Below are positions 56,596 to 64,000 of a stretch of 64,000 nucleotides of DNA, piece by piece; the first letter of the stretch is position 1, and the number at the start of each line of letters is the position of its first letter. Both the position numbers and the translations under genes were made by a program. The notes under the pieces were generated by a model, which saw nothing but the letters and a program-made list of their open reading frames with translations, was not told the DNA's origin and did not search any database. Origin of the DNA: Candidatus Ozemobacteraceae bacterium (GTDB lineage: Bacteria; Muiribacteriota; Ozemobacteria; Ozemobacterales; Ozemobacteraceae); NCBI GenBank assembly GCA_965140445.1, contig OZ223236.1:3040001-3104000 (forward strand). Reading direction: 5' to 3'.

Positions 56596-57843
56596 ATGAG
56601 ACAAAATATTAAATTAACAGATGTAACTATTTTCACCGGCTATAGCTATATTGGCTCTTGCCGTGAGTTCGTATGGATTCCTGGTGACAGAATCGGCACA
56701 AAACAAATGCCATCCAGGTTCATTTTCAGAGGCTTAAAGTGCGAGTATGATGTAGAAGCCTTGATGATTAGAAAAGATTTGTATTTAAGAACCACGGATG
56801 GCAAAGAATACATAGTTGCAGATTTCCAAATTACAGACATTAATGATATTGAAAATGTTGGCGGAATAGCCAAGAACTTTGCCCTTCTCTTTGAAAAATT
56901 CCCCGAGATGAAAGCAATTACAGACGGGGAAAAGGTTGTTATTTCCAAAAAAACTCAAGTCGTTGCATTTAAAGCTGTTTCAAATGTTATACACAGCGTT
57001 AGAGCCGGTCATGGAATCGATTCCGGCCAAACAAAAGAGGTTTCAGAAAAGCTTGTTGAAGAAGTTTTACAGGCTCCAGATGCAATAATGAACTTGATGA
57101 ATATTAAATCATTTGATGATTATACTTTTACTCACAATGTTAACGTTGCAACTATTTCACTATTGATTGGACAAGCACTTGGACTAACTTTAGATGATAT
57201 GAATGAGTTGGGAACCGGAGCTTTATTGCACGATGTTGGAAAACTGAAAATTCCACTTAGCATACTTAATAAAGATGGCAAGCTCACAGATGAAGAATTT
57301 TCAGAGATGAGAAGCCATCCAACTTATGGATATGAAATCCTTTGCAAATCTAGTGGAATAACTGAAAGAGCAAAAATGGTCTGTCTCCAGCATCATGAAA
57401 AATTTGGTGGAGGCGGTTATCCTAAAAGGTTGAAAGGTCAGCAAATAAACCTTTTTGCCAGGATTTGTGCTGTTGCCGATGTTTATGACGCTTTAACTAC
57501 TGATCGACCTTACAGGGTTGCCATGAGTCCTTATGAAGCAATGAAGATTTTGAATGCAGGAATAGACAATCATTTTGATCCAAAAGTATTGACAGCATTT
57601 ATTAGAAAATTTTCACTATACCCTGCGGGAAGCCTTGTTGCACTAAATGATGGCTCTGTTGCCCTTGTTCTTAAAAACAATCCCGGATCTGTGATACGCC
57701 CGGTCATTAAGGTTGTTAGAGATGCAAAAAACAAGAAGCTCAAAGATAGAGTAGAAATAGATTTGAGAGAATTTAAAGATCTGTATATTAAAGGTCCAGC
57801 AGATCCTAGGGTATTAAATGTTACAGATGGACACGTTGCCTAA
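56596..57843 (+). CDS. HD-GYP domain c-di-GMP phosphodiesterase
   Basis: YTFTH, LLHDVGK, HHEKFGGGGYP, VADVYDALTTDRPYR. Confidence 0.92.
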   Translation: MRQNIKLTDVTIFTGYSYIGSCREFVWIPGDRIGTKQMPSRFIFRGLKCEYDVEALMIRKDLYLRTTDGKEYIVADFQITDINDIENVGGIAKNFALLFEKFPEMKAITDGEKVVISKKTQVVAFKAVSNVIHSVRAGHGIDSGQTKEVSEKLVEEVLQAPDAIMNLMNIKSFDDYTFTHNVNVATISLLIGQALGLTLDDMNELGTGALLHDVGKLKIPLSILNKDGKLTDEEFSEMRSHPTYGYEILCKSSGITERAKMVCLQHHEKFGGGGYPKRLKGQQINLFARICAVADVYDALTTDRPYRVAMSPYEAMKILNAGIDNHFDPKVLTAFIRKFSLYPAGSLVALNDGSVALVLKNNPGSVIRPVIKVVRDAKNKKLKDRVEIDLREFKDLYIKGPADPRVLNVTDGHVA

Positions 57844-58282
57844 AAAGACTATTTTATTTGTCCTGCTGGGGTTCCTGGTTTTTTTTCAATCAGGAATTGC
57901 TTTTTGTGAAAACAATGAATTCAAGTTGAATTTACCCAAAATTATTTCTGAAAAAGGTCATTTAAGCCTATCAGTAGAATCATCAAGGGATGGATTTTCA
58001 AAAAGACTCTTTATCATTCCTGATCGGGCAGAAATCTGGTTAGATAACAGGAGATTAGCTTCCAAATCGATCGGCGAACCAGGTACCGTAAGAGAAAAGC
58101 ACAAAGCACTATTTTTGTTTCCATCGATAGCATTAGAAAGTGGCTATTACTTTATTACAATAAGGCTGTATTACGAAAACCCAATTACTAATAGAAGACA
58201 ATGGGATGGTAAAACCTTTCAAGTAGGGATCCATCCGGGCAAAATTACCAGAATAAGCAAAAAAATTAGAATCGGATTGTAA
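57818..58282 (+). CDS. Exported hypothetical protein
   Basis: Signal-like hydrophobic N-terminus; the start may be TTG near 57836. Confidence 0.6.
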   Translation: MLQMDTLPKKTILFVLLGFLVFFQSGIAFCENNEFKLNLPKIISEKGHLSLSVESSRDGFSKRLFIIPDRAEIWLDNRRLASKSIGEPGTVREKHKALFLFPSIALESGYYFITIRLYYENPITNRRQWDGKTFQVGIHPGKITRISKKIRIGL

Positions 58283-58285
58283 AAA

Positions 58286-58909
58286 ATGGGAACTTTTTTA
58301 ACCCCAGACCAGTCAAACAATGTAGACGTGGAAAATCAAGATGAAATTGTACTGGTTAAAGCTGCTGCTGCAGGTAATCAAAAAGCATTTGAAAAACTCG
58401 TATCTGCTTACGAAAGGCAGATATATGTTTTGTGTTTCAGGTTTTTTAACAACGAAGAAGATGCTCTGGATATGACTCAAGAGGTCTTTCTAAAAGTTTT
58501 TAGGTCATTAAAAAACTTTGAAGGACGATCTTCTTTTAAAACCTGGATATATAAAATTGCTTCAAATTCTTGCATCACTCATTCTGCAAGAAAAAAGAAG
58601 GAAAAGGAGGGTTTCTTTCAAGGGATTCTGGATTGGTGGACTAAAAAACAGACCGCAGAGACCCCGGAAGAACAAACAATCGACATGGAATCTAGAACAG
58701 AAACCCAAAAAATTGTAAGTGAGAAAATTTCAAACCTGCCAGACATTTACAGGATGCCAGTTATATTAAAAGATATTGAAGGTGTTCCGCTTGAAAGAAT
58801 AGCTGAAATTCAAGGAATACCAATAGGAACCGTTAAATCCAGAATTAACAGGGGAAGGCGAATGTTACAGGAATCTTTAAGCGCTTTCCGCCATGGGAGA
58901 AATATATGA
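58286..58909 (+). CDS. ECF sigma factor (RpoE-like); true start may be GTG 58328
   Basis: AFEKLV, DMTQEVFLKVFRSL, FEGRSSFKTWIYKIA, GTVKSRINRGR. Confidence 0.92.
   Translation: MGTFLTPDQSNNVDVENQDEIVLVKAAAAGNQKAFEKLVSAYERQIYVLCFRFFNNEEDALDMTQEVFLKVFRSLKNFEGRSSFKTWIYKIASNSCITHSARKKKEKEGFFQGILDWWTKKQTAETPEEQTIDMESRTETQKIVSEKISNLPDIYRMPVILKDIEGVPLERIAEIQGIPIGTVKSRINRGRRMLQESLSAFRHGRNI
58289..58317 (+). promoter_or_regulatory. Sigma-E-type ECF promoter, probably autoregulatory
   Basis: GGAACTT-N16-GTCAAA, located at the 5' end of the ECF sigma ORF. Confidence 0.65.
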
Positions 58910-59481
58910 ATAAGTGCCAGGTTTATATGGATTATCTAGAAAAATATGGACTTGATGAAGATAGCAAAGAGTGGACGGACGTTTATTCGCATGCTTTAAG
59001 ATGCCCGGATTGTTCTATTGATATAAAAGACAGGAAAATATTGATGGAAGCAATGGCTGAAATGCCTTCTGTAGAAACACCTGCCGGGCTTCATAATTAC
59101 ATCATGCAAAACCTGGAGAATGAAAATGCAGGGGATGTAGAAGAAATTTCTATCTTTGACAATCTGTTTGATAAATTTGCACGACCATTGCAGGTTTCAA
59201 TCTCTTTGGCATGCGTTTTTATGATCTTTTCTCTTATGCACTTACCGGCTAAACACTCTCCTGTTGCTGCTTCAAGAATAGAGATTGCAAAGAAGGAACC
59301 AGCATTGTTGCAGGTTGCAAGTGAGATGACTAATTCTGAAAAGCTTGAAGATGTTTCTCAAGAAGAAATTAAAAATTTCCTGAATAAGTTGGAAAAATTT
59401 AGAAAATCTCATCCTGAAGCAGAAAAAAGACTTCCCATACCCGCAACGCCAGAATTACGGCTTGTAATTGATCAGAATTAG
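58906..59481 (+). CDS. ZAS-type transmembrane anti-sigma factor
   Basis: HALRCPDC motif and a single TM; overlaps the sigma gene stop. Confidence 0.8.
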   Translation: MNKCQVYMDYLEKYGLDEDSKEWTDVYSHALRCPDCSIDIKDRKILMEAMAEMPSVETPAGLHNYIMQNLENENAGDVEEISIFDNLFDKFARPLQVSISLACVFMIFSLMHLPAKHSPVAASRIEIAKKEPALLQVASEMTNSEKLEDVSQEEIKNFLNKLEKFRKSHPEAEKRLPIPATPELRLVIDQN

Positions 59482-59496
59482 TCAGGAGAGAAAAAA

Positions 59497-60864
59497 ATGT
59501 TTAGAAGCCGTGTATTTTTTCTAATTTTGGTATTGATTGGCTCTTGCTTTGTTACTTTAAACGCCGCTCCTGCTGAATTGTTTGGGACTTCACTAATTGC
59601 AGATATTGCAGAGCAGGCAAATAAATCCGTTGTTTCAATTGAATCTATCCACTATGTTCGCACCAGAAGGGGTGTTGGCTCTGGTGATCCTTTCTTGGAC
59701 CGTATTTTTGGTCATTTGTTTGAAGATAATTTTAACGGATCAAACAATGTTATCCCACAAAAAGGAAACGGCTCCGGGGTAATTATCAGTCCGGAAGGCC
59801 ATCTGTTGACTAACGAACATGTGATAGCTGGAGCGGATGAAATTCAGGTTAACTTTGATAATGGGAAAAAATATAAAGCCAAAGTGATTGGTAAAGATAT
59901 CAGGACCGATTTGGCTGTGTTAAAAATAGATTCAAAAGAAAAGCTTGATTATGTACCAATTGGGGATTCATCCAAACTCCGTGTTGGTGAATGGGTTGTA
60001 GCTATAGGAAATCCTTTTGGTCTGGGAATTACCGTTACAGCTGGTGTTGTTTCAGCACTGGATAGAGATCTTTCAGTCGATCAGGAAAGAAGTTATAAAA
60101 AGCTTATTCAGACTGATGCTTCCATTAATCCAGGAAACTCTGGTGGAGCATTGTTAAATTCAAAAGGTGAGCTGATTGGTATTAATACAGCTATTATTCC
60201 ATATGGACAAGGAATTGGTTTTGCTATTCCTGTAAATTTAGCCAAAAGAATCGTTGGGGATCTAATAGCATACGGTAGGGTAAAAAAGCCATTTCTTGGG
60301 GTTACTGCCCAGGAGATTACAAAGGCACTGGCAGAATATTTTGAGATTCCGGAAGAGGGTGTCCTGGTTACAGATGTTTCGAAGGATTCTGCAGCAGAGA
60401 AAGCTGGTTTAAAGCCCGGCGATGCTATATTAGAAATTGATGGAATCAAAATTAAATCCCTTATTGAGTTTCAGGATAGTTTGCGTGAGCATCGGGTAGG
60501 GGAAAAAGCTACTTTTAAAATTTTCCGAAAAGGTAAAGAGGGAATCTGCGAAGTTATTTTTAAAGAAACCCCTTTAGCTAAAAATGTTTTAGGAGTTGGA
60601 GTTAGCGAAATAGATTTGAACCTGGTTCGCAAATATTATTTGTATGTCAACAACGGAGTTGTAATTACTTCAGTTGATCCTGGTTCACCTGCGGAAAAAG
60701 CGGGTTTGAAGCCTGGAGATGTCATTCAGGGTATAAATCGTGCAGAGATTTCTTACAAAAAAGATTTTGACTCGATAATTGGAATGCTTAAAAACTCTGG
60801 AAAAGCGATGCTTAGAGTAGTAAGAGGCCAAACTGTAAATCTTTTACTGGTATTTCTTAAATAA
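59497..60864 (+). CDS. degP: DegP/DegQ (HtrA) serine protease with two PDZ domains
   Basis: LTNEHV, DLAVLK, INPGNSGG; two PDZ domains (AEKAGLKPGD twice). Confidence 0.93.
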   Translation: MFRSRVFFLILVLIGSCFVTLNAAPAELFGTSLIADIAEQANKSVVSIESIHYVRTRRGVGSGDPFLDRIFGHLFEDNFNGSNNVIPQKGNGSGVIISPEGHLLTNEHVIAGADEIQVNFDNGKKYKAKVIGKDIRTDLAVLKIDSKEKLDYVPIGDSSKLRVGEWVVAIGNPFGLGITVTAGVVSALDRDLSVDQERSYKKLIQTDASINPGNSGGALLNSKGELIGINTAIIPYGQGIGFAIPVNLAKRIVGDLIAYGRVKKPFLGVTAQEITKALAEYFEIPEEGVLVTDVSKDSAAEKAGLKPGDAILEIDGIKIKSLIEFQDSLREHRVGEKATFKIFRKGKEGICEVIFKETPLAKNVLGVGVSEIDLNLVRKYYLYVNNGVVITSVDPGSPAEKAGLKPGDVIQGINRAEISYKKDFDSIIGMLKNSGKAMLRVVRGQTVNLLLVFLK

Positions 60865-60889
60865 AATTTAACAATTTTTTTAAAAAATA

Positions 60890-60918
60890 TTGCAATCGCC
60901 TAATCCTCTTCGTATAAT
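60890..60918 (+). promoter_or_regulatory. Sigma-70 promoter candidate
   Basis: TTGCAA-N17-TATAAT. Confidence 0.7.
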
Positions 60919-60954
60919 CGTCATATAAACCTCACCCAACGGAGGGACCGTTCA

Positions 60955-61407
60955 ATGCAATTGGTTGATGTGCTTAAGGAGAATTTAGTTTTCCTTAATT
61001 TCGAAGCAGAAAACAAAGAAATGGCAATGGAAAAGCTCATTGCCGCCCTTGAAGAGTCTGGAACTATCCAGGAACCTATGGTACTGAAAACAGCTCTTTA
61101 TGAAAGAGAAAAGCTCGGTACAACCGGCGTAGGTGGCGGAATTGCTATGCCACACGCTAGATCAAGTGCAATAAAAGATTTAACCGTTGCATTTTTTAGA
61201 TCAGAAAAAGGTATTGATTTTAAATCAATCGATGGAAAGCCTGTTAACTTGATTTTCATGCTTTTGGCGCCAATCTCATCTGGTGGACCTTACCTGAAAT
61301 TATTGGCTAAAATTTCCAGATTGTTAAGAAGCGATGAATTCAGAGATGCTTTGATGGAAGCTGGAACACCACAAAAGGTTATCGAGATTATTCAGGAAAA
61401 CGAATAG
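60955..61407 (+). CDS. PTS EIIA component (Ntr/fructose type)
   Basis: REKLGTTGVGGGIAMPHAR (phospho-His), DGKPV. Confidence 0.9.
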   Translation: MQLVDVLKENLVFLNFEAENKEMAMEKLIAALEESGTIQEPMVLKTALYEREKLGTTGVGGGIAMPHARSSAIKDLTVAFFRSEKGIDFKSIDGKPVNLIFMLLAPISSGGPYLKLLAKISRLLRSDEFRDALMEAGTPQKVIEIIQENE

Positions 61408-61426
61408 GAGAATAGCGAGGCCTTTT

Positions 61427-61903
61427 TTGAAGATTCCAATCAAAAAGTATTTAACAATTTTGACCCTGTTCACCCTTACGGGTGCAGGGTTTTCTTATTC
61501 TATTCCGACTGCTTTTGGGCAAGATCGATTTATGATTGCTCAAGCAGATAAAAAGGCTAAATCCAAGAAAACGGATGATAAAAAGGTTAGCAAAGAAACT
61601 GATGAAGAAGAATCAGATGCTCTTTTCCTTGAAACAGAAAAAGAAAATCGAGATTATCTTCCAGAAATTTTTAGATGTCCAGAGTGTGGATATGAGCAGG
61701 ATGAAGAAGGTTTTTGCCCGGACCATGACAAAATGGAGCTGGTCAAAATAAAATCAAAAGGCCGAGATCCTTTGGCTCCCATGGAACTTGATGGGAATGA
61801 GGACATTGTTGTTGATATCCCTCTAACCAGCCTTGAGTTTAAAAAGAATCAAAAACCTGAGCCCGCTAGCGGTTCAAGGACCATTAAACCAAAAGGAGGG
61901 TGA
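61427..61903 (+). CDS. Exported protein with a short Cys/His metal-binding motif
   Basis: Signal peptide; CPECG-x8-CPDH. Confidence 0.6.
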   Translation: MKIPIKKYLTILTLFTLTGAGFSYSIPTAFGQDRFMIAQADKKAKSKKTDDKKVSKETDEEESDALFLETEKENRDYLPEIFRCPECGYEQDEEGFCPDHDKMELVKIKSKGRDPLAPMELDGNEDIVVDIPLTSLEFKKNQKPEPASGSRTIKPKGG

Positions 61904-61981
61904 CCCGATAAGCAAGAGCTTTGAAAGTTTTGGTGTTTTTGAGAACTCGATTTTAATTAAATTAGATAATCAGGAGTAGGA

Positions 61982-63898
61982 ATGTCTTTAAATATTACCC
62001 AGAAAATTATTAAGAATCATCTTGTAACCGGCGAAATGAAATCAAAAAGCCCGATCAGCATCCGTATGGATCAGACTTTAACTCAGGATGCTACAGGTAC
62101 AATGGCTTATTTGCAGTTTGAAGCTCTAGGAGTTGATAGAGTAAAAACAGAATTATCTGTAAGTTATGTTGATCATAATACAACTCAGATGGATTTTAAA
62201 AATCCTGACGATCATGTTTTTCTTCAGAGTATAGCGGAAAAATATGGAATAGTTTTTTCAAGACCTGGTAATGGAATTTGTCACCAGGTTCATCTTGAAA
62301 GGTTTGGCAAGCCTGGCAAGACCTTGATTGGATCTGACAGCCACACACCTACTGGTGGTGGAGTTGGTATGTTGGCAATCGGTGCCGGTGGATTAGATGT
62401 GGCCATGTCTATGGCCGGACATGCATTTGATCTTAAGATGCCCATGGTTGTTAAGGTTAATTTAACAGGAAAACTCCAGCCTTGGGTTGCTGCAAAAGAC
62501 GTTATTTTAGAAATTTTACGCCGCGAAACTGTTAAAGGTGGAGTAGGGTGTGTTTATGAATATGCTGGACCTGGCGTAGAAACTCTTACTGTTCCAGAAA
62601 GAGCTACAATTACCAACATGGGTGCTGAATTAGGCGCTACTTCTTCTGTTTTCCCAAGTGATGCTGAAACTAAAAGATTTCTTGCTGCTCAGGATCGCGA
62701 AAATGATTGGATTGAGCTTGTTGCTGATGCAGATGCTCAATATGATAGAGTTCTCGAAATTAATCTGAGCGAAATCGAGCCTTTGGCAGCCTGTCCACAC
62801 ATGCCAGATGTGGTTAAACCCATTAGAGAACTTGAAGGTTTGGCAGTTGATCAGGTAATGATTGGAAGCTGCACAAATTCTAGCTATGTAGACATGACAA
62901 GAGCTGCAAGAATAATGAAAGGCAAACTTGTTAATACCAAAACTTCACTAGGTGTGGCTCCTGGTTCTCGTCAGGTTCTTAGAATGGCAGCCGACGAAGG
63001 ATCATTAGCTGATTTGGTTGCTTCTGGAGCAAGAATTCTTGAAAGTGCTTGTGGACCATGTATTGGAATGGGTTTTGCACCTAAAACTAATGCAGTAGCA
63101 CTTAGAACATCTAACCGAAATTTTGAAAAGCGCTCAGGAACTGCTTCTGCTCAGGTATATCTTGTTAGCCCAGAAGTCGCAGCTGTAGCTGCAATTGAAG
63201 GAAAATTTGTAGATCCAAGAAAATGGGAAAGCTTCCCAGAAGTTAAAATGCCGGAAAAATTCACCGTAGATGATTCAATGTTTATTTTCCCACCAGAAAC
63301 TGGAAATAATGTTGAAATTATTCGTGGACCTAACATTGCTGCACTTCCTCTAAAAGAAGAAATGGGTAATGAACTTGTGGGTTCAACTTTGATAAAAGTT
63401 GAAGATAACATTACAACAGATCACATTATGCCAGCTGGAAAATACCTTCCTTTAAGATCAAACGTTCCTGAATATGCTAAACATGTTTTCGAAGGTGTTG
63501 ATACTGAATTTTACAGCCGTGCTGTAGAAAAGAAGAGCGGTTTCATCGTCGGCGGTGACAACTATGGTCAGGGCAGTTCGAGAGAACATGCTGCTCTTTG
63601 CCCAATGTATCTTGGCGTTAAAGGCGTTATTGTTAAAAGCTTTGCCAGAATTCATCTTGCAAATCTTATTAACTTTGGAATCATCCCTCTTACGTTCAAA
63701 AATGCTGCAGATTATGACAAAATTGACCTTAATGATGAATTGAAGATCGATGTATCTGATCTTCAAAAGCCACTTTTCGTAGAAAACGTAACTAAGGGTG
63801 TTAAAATCCCATTAGAGCACACCTTAAGTGATGCTGACATGGAAATCCTTAGAGCAGGTGGAAGGCTTTCTTTTGCTAAGAAGCAGATGAATGCTTAA
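61982..63898 (+). CDS. Aconitate hydratase (compact ~640 aa type)
   Basis: QDATGT, VDHN, GICHQVH, DSHT, GSCTN, CGPCIG, SNRNF, TTDHI, GSSREH. Confidence 0.93.
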   Translation: MSLNITQKIIKNHLVTGEMKSKSPISIRMDQTLTQDATGTMAYLQFEALGVDRVKTELSVSYVDHNTTQMDFKNPDDHVFLQSIAEKYGIVFSRPGNGICHQVHLERFGKPGKTLIGSDSHTPTGGGVGMLAIGAGGLDVAMSMAGHAFDLKMPMVVKVNLTGKLQPWVAAKDVILEILRRETVKGGVGCVYEYAGPGVETLTVPERATITNMGAELGATSSVFPSDAETKRFLAAQDRENDWIELVADADAQYDRVLEINLSEIEPLAACPHMPDVVKPIRELEGLAVDQVMIGSCTNSSYVDMTRAARIMKGKLVNTKTSLGVAPGSRQVLRMAADEGSLADLVASGARILESACGPCIGMGFAPKTNAVALRTSNRNFEKRSGTASAQVYLVSPEVAAVAAIEGKFVDPRKWESFPEVKMPEKFTVDDSMFIFPPETGNNVEIIRGPNIAALPLKEEMGNELVGSTLIKVEDNITTDHIMPAGKYLPLRSNVPEYAKHVFEGVDTEFYSRAVEKKSGFIVGGDNYGQGSSREHAALCPMYLGVKGVIVKSFARIHLANLINFGIIPLTFKNAADYDKIDLNDELKIDVSDLQKPLFVENVTKGVKIPLEHTLSDADMEILRAGGRLSFAKKQMNA

Positions 63899-63911
63899 TG
63901 CTTAATTGAAA

Positions 63912-63941
63912 AAAACAAGGCGGGGCAACCCGCCTTGTTTT
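63912..63941 (+). terminator. Intrinsic (possibly bidirectional) terminator
   Basis: AAAACAAGGCGGG-gcaa-CCCGCCTTGTTTT. Confidence 0.85.
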
Positions 63942-63952
63942 ACTTTAGGAGA

Positions 63953-64000
63953 ATGATTTTGATCGCTAAATTCATAGATGGATTTAAACAATATGATTTT
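63953..64000 (+). CDS. Start of the next gene (truncated by the window end)
   Basis: AGGAG, then an open frame (MI)LIAKFIDGFKQYDF to the window end. Confidence 0.45.
   Translation, partial: MILIAKFIDGFKQYDF

Noticed and set aside
3..63766. Many 60-140 aa ORFs antisense to or nested in long genes (e.g. 3-200, 18553-18912, 39390-39788, 44653-45075)
   Set aside because: Shadow frames of well-supported genes, with no recognisable motifs.
1..64000. CRISPR array, rRNA, tRNA, transposase, integrase or prophage
   Set aside because: No regularly spaced repeats, cloverleaf or rRNA-like segments, or mobile-element motifs were seen; intergenic gaps are all under ~270 bp.

Overview
AT-rich bacterial chromosomal window, densely coding, mostly + strand, standard code 11. 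The organism is probably a diderm (TamB, a beta-barrel protein, lipoproteins, DegP). The gene style suggests an uncultured lineage such as Ca. Riflebacteria, but this is only an impression. Housekeeping genes: suhB (partial, missed by the ORF track), uvrC, trmH, lepB, hup, lon, engB, PTS EIIA, aconitase. Envelope and signalling loci: a type IV filament cluster (pilC-pilB-pilMNO-hyp-2 pseudopilins, no secretin), a tamB-pilC2-nucleotide transporter/HEAT-cNMP/GGDEF-GT117 run, a minor-pilin cluster interrupted by an ECF sigma/anti-sigma pair, and an rpoE/anti-sigma/degP-like locus. No rRNA, tRNA, CRISPR array or mobile element was seen. Most interesting observations: (1) a signal peptidase I with Cys at the catalytic Ser position; (2) an Npt-type transporter-HEAT gene separated by one in-frame TAA from a cNMP-binding/degenerate-GGDEF gene that keeps its RxxD site; (3) a full-length GlyS-like protein with eroded motifs and no adjacent glyQ; (4) a long hairpin with alternative pairings before the pilus operon; (5) a sigma-54 promoter before an orphan secreted protein, and candidate ECF autoregulatory promoters; (6) a LeuT-like transporter with an apparently fused small subunit. 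Three single-base insertions (two in pilC, one in a GT4 gene) suggest possible assembly errors, so single-residue claims need read-level confirmation. All family calls come from motif recognition by eye, not database searches.
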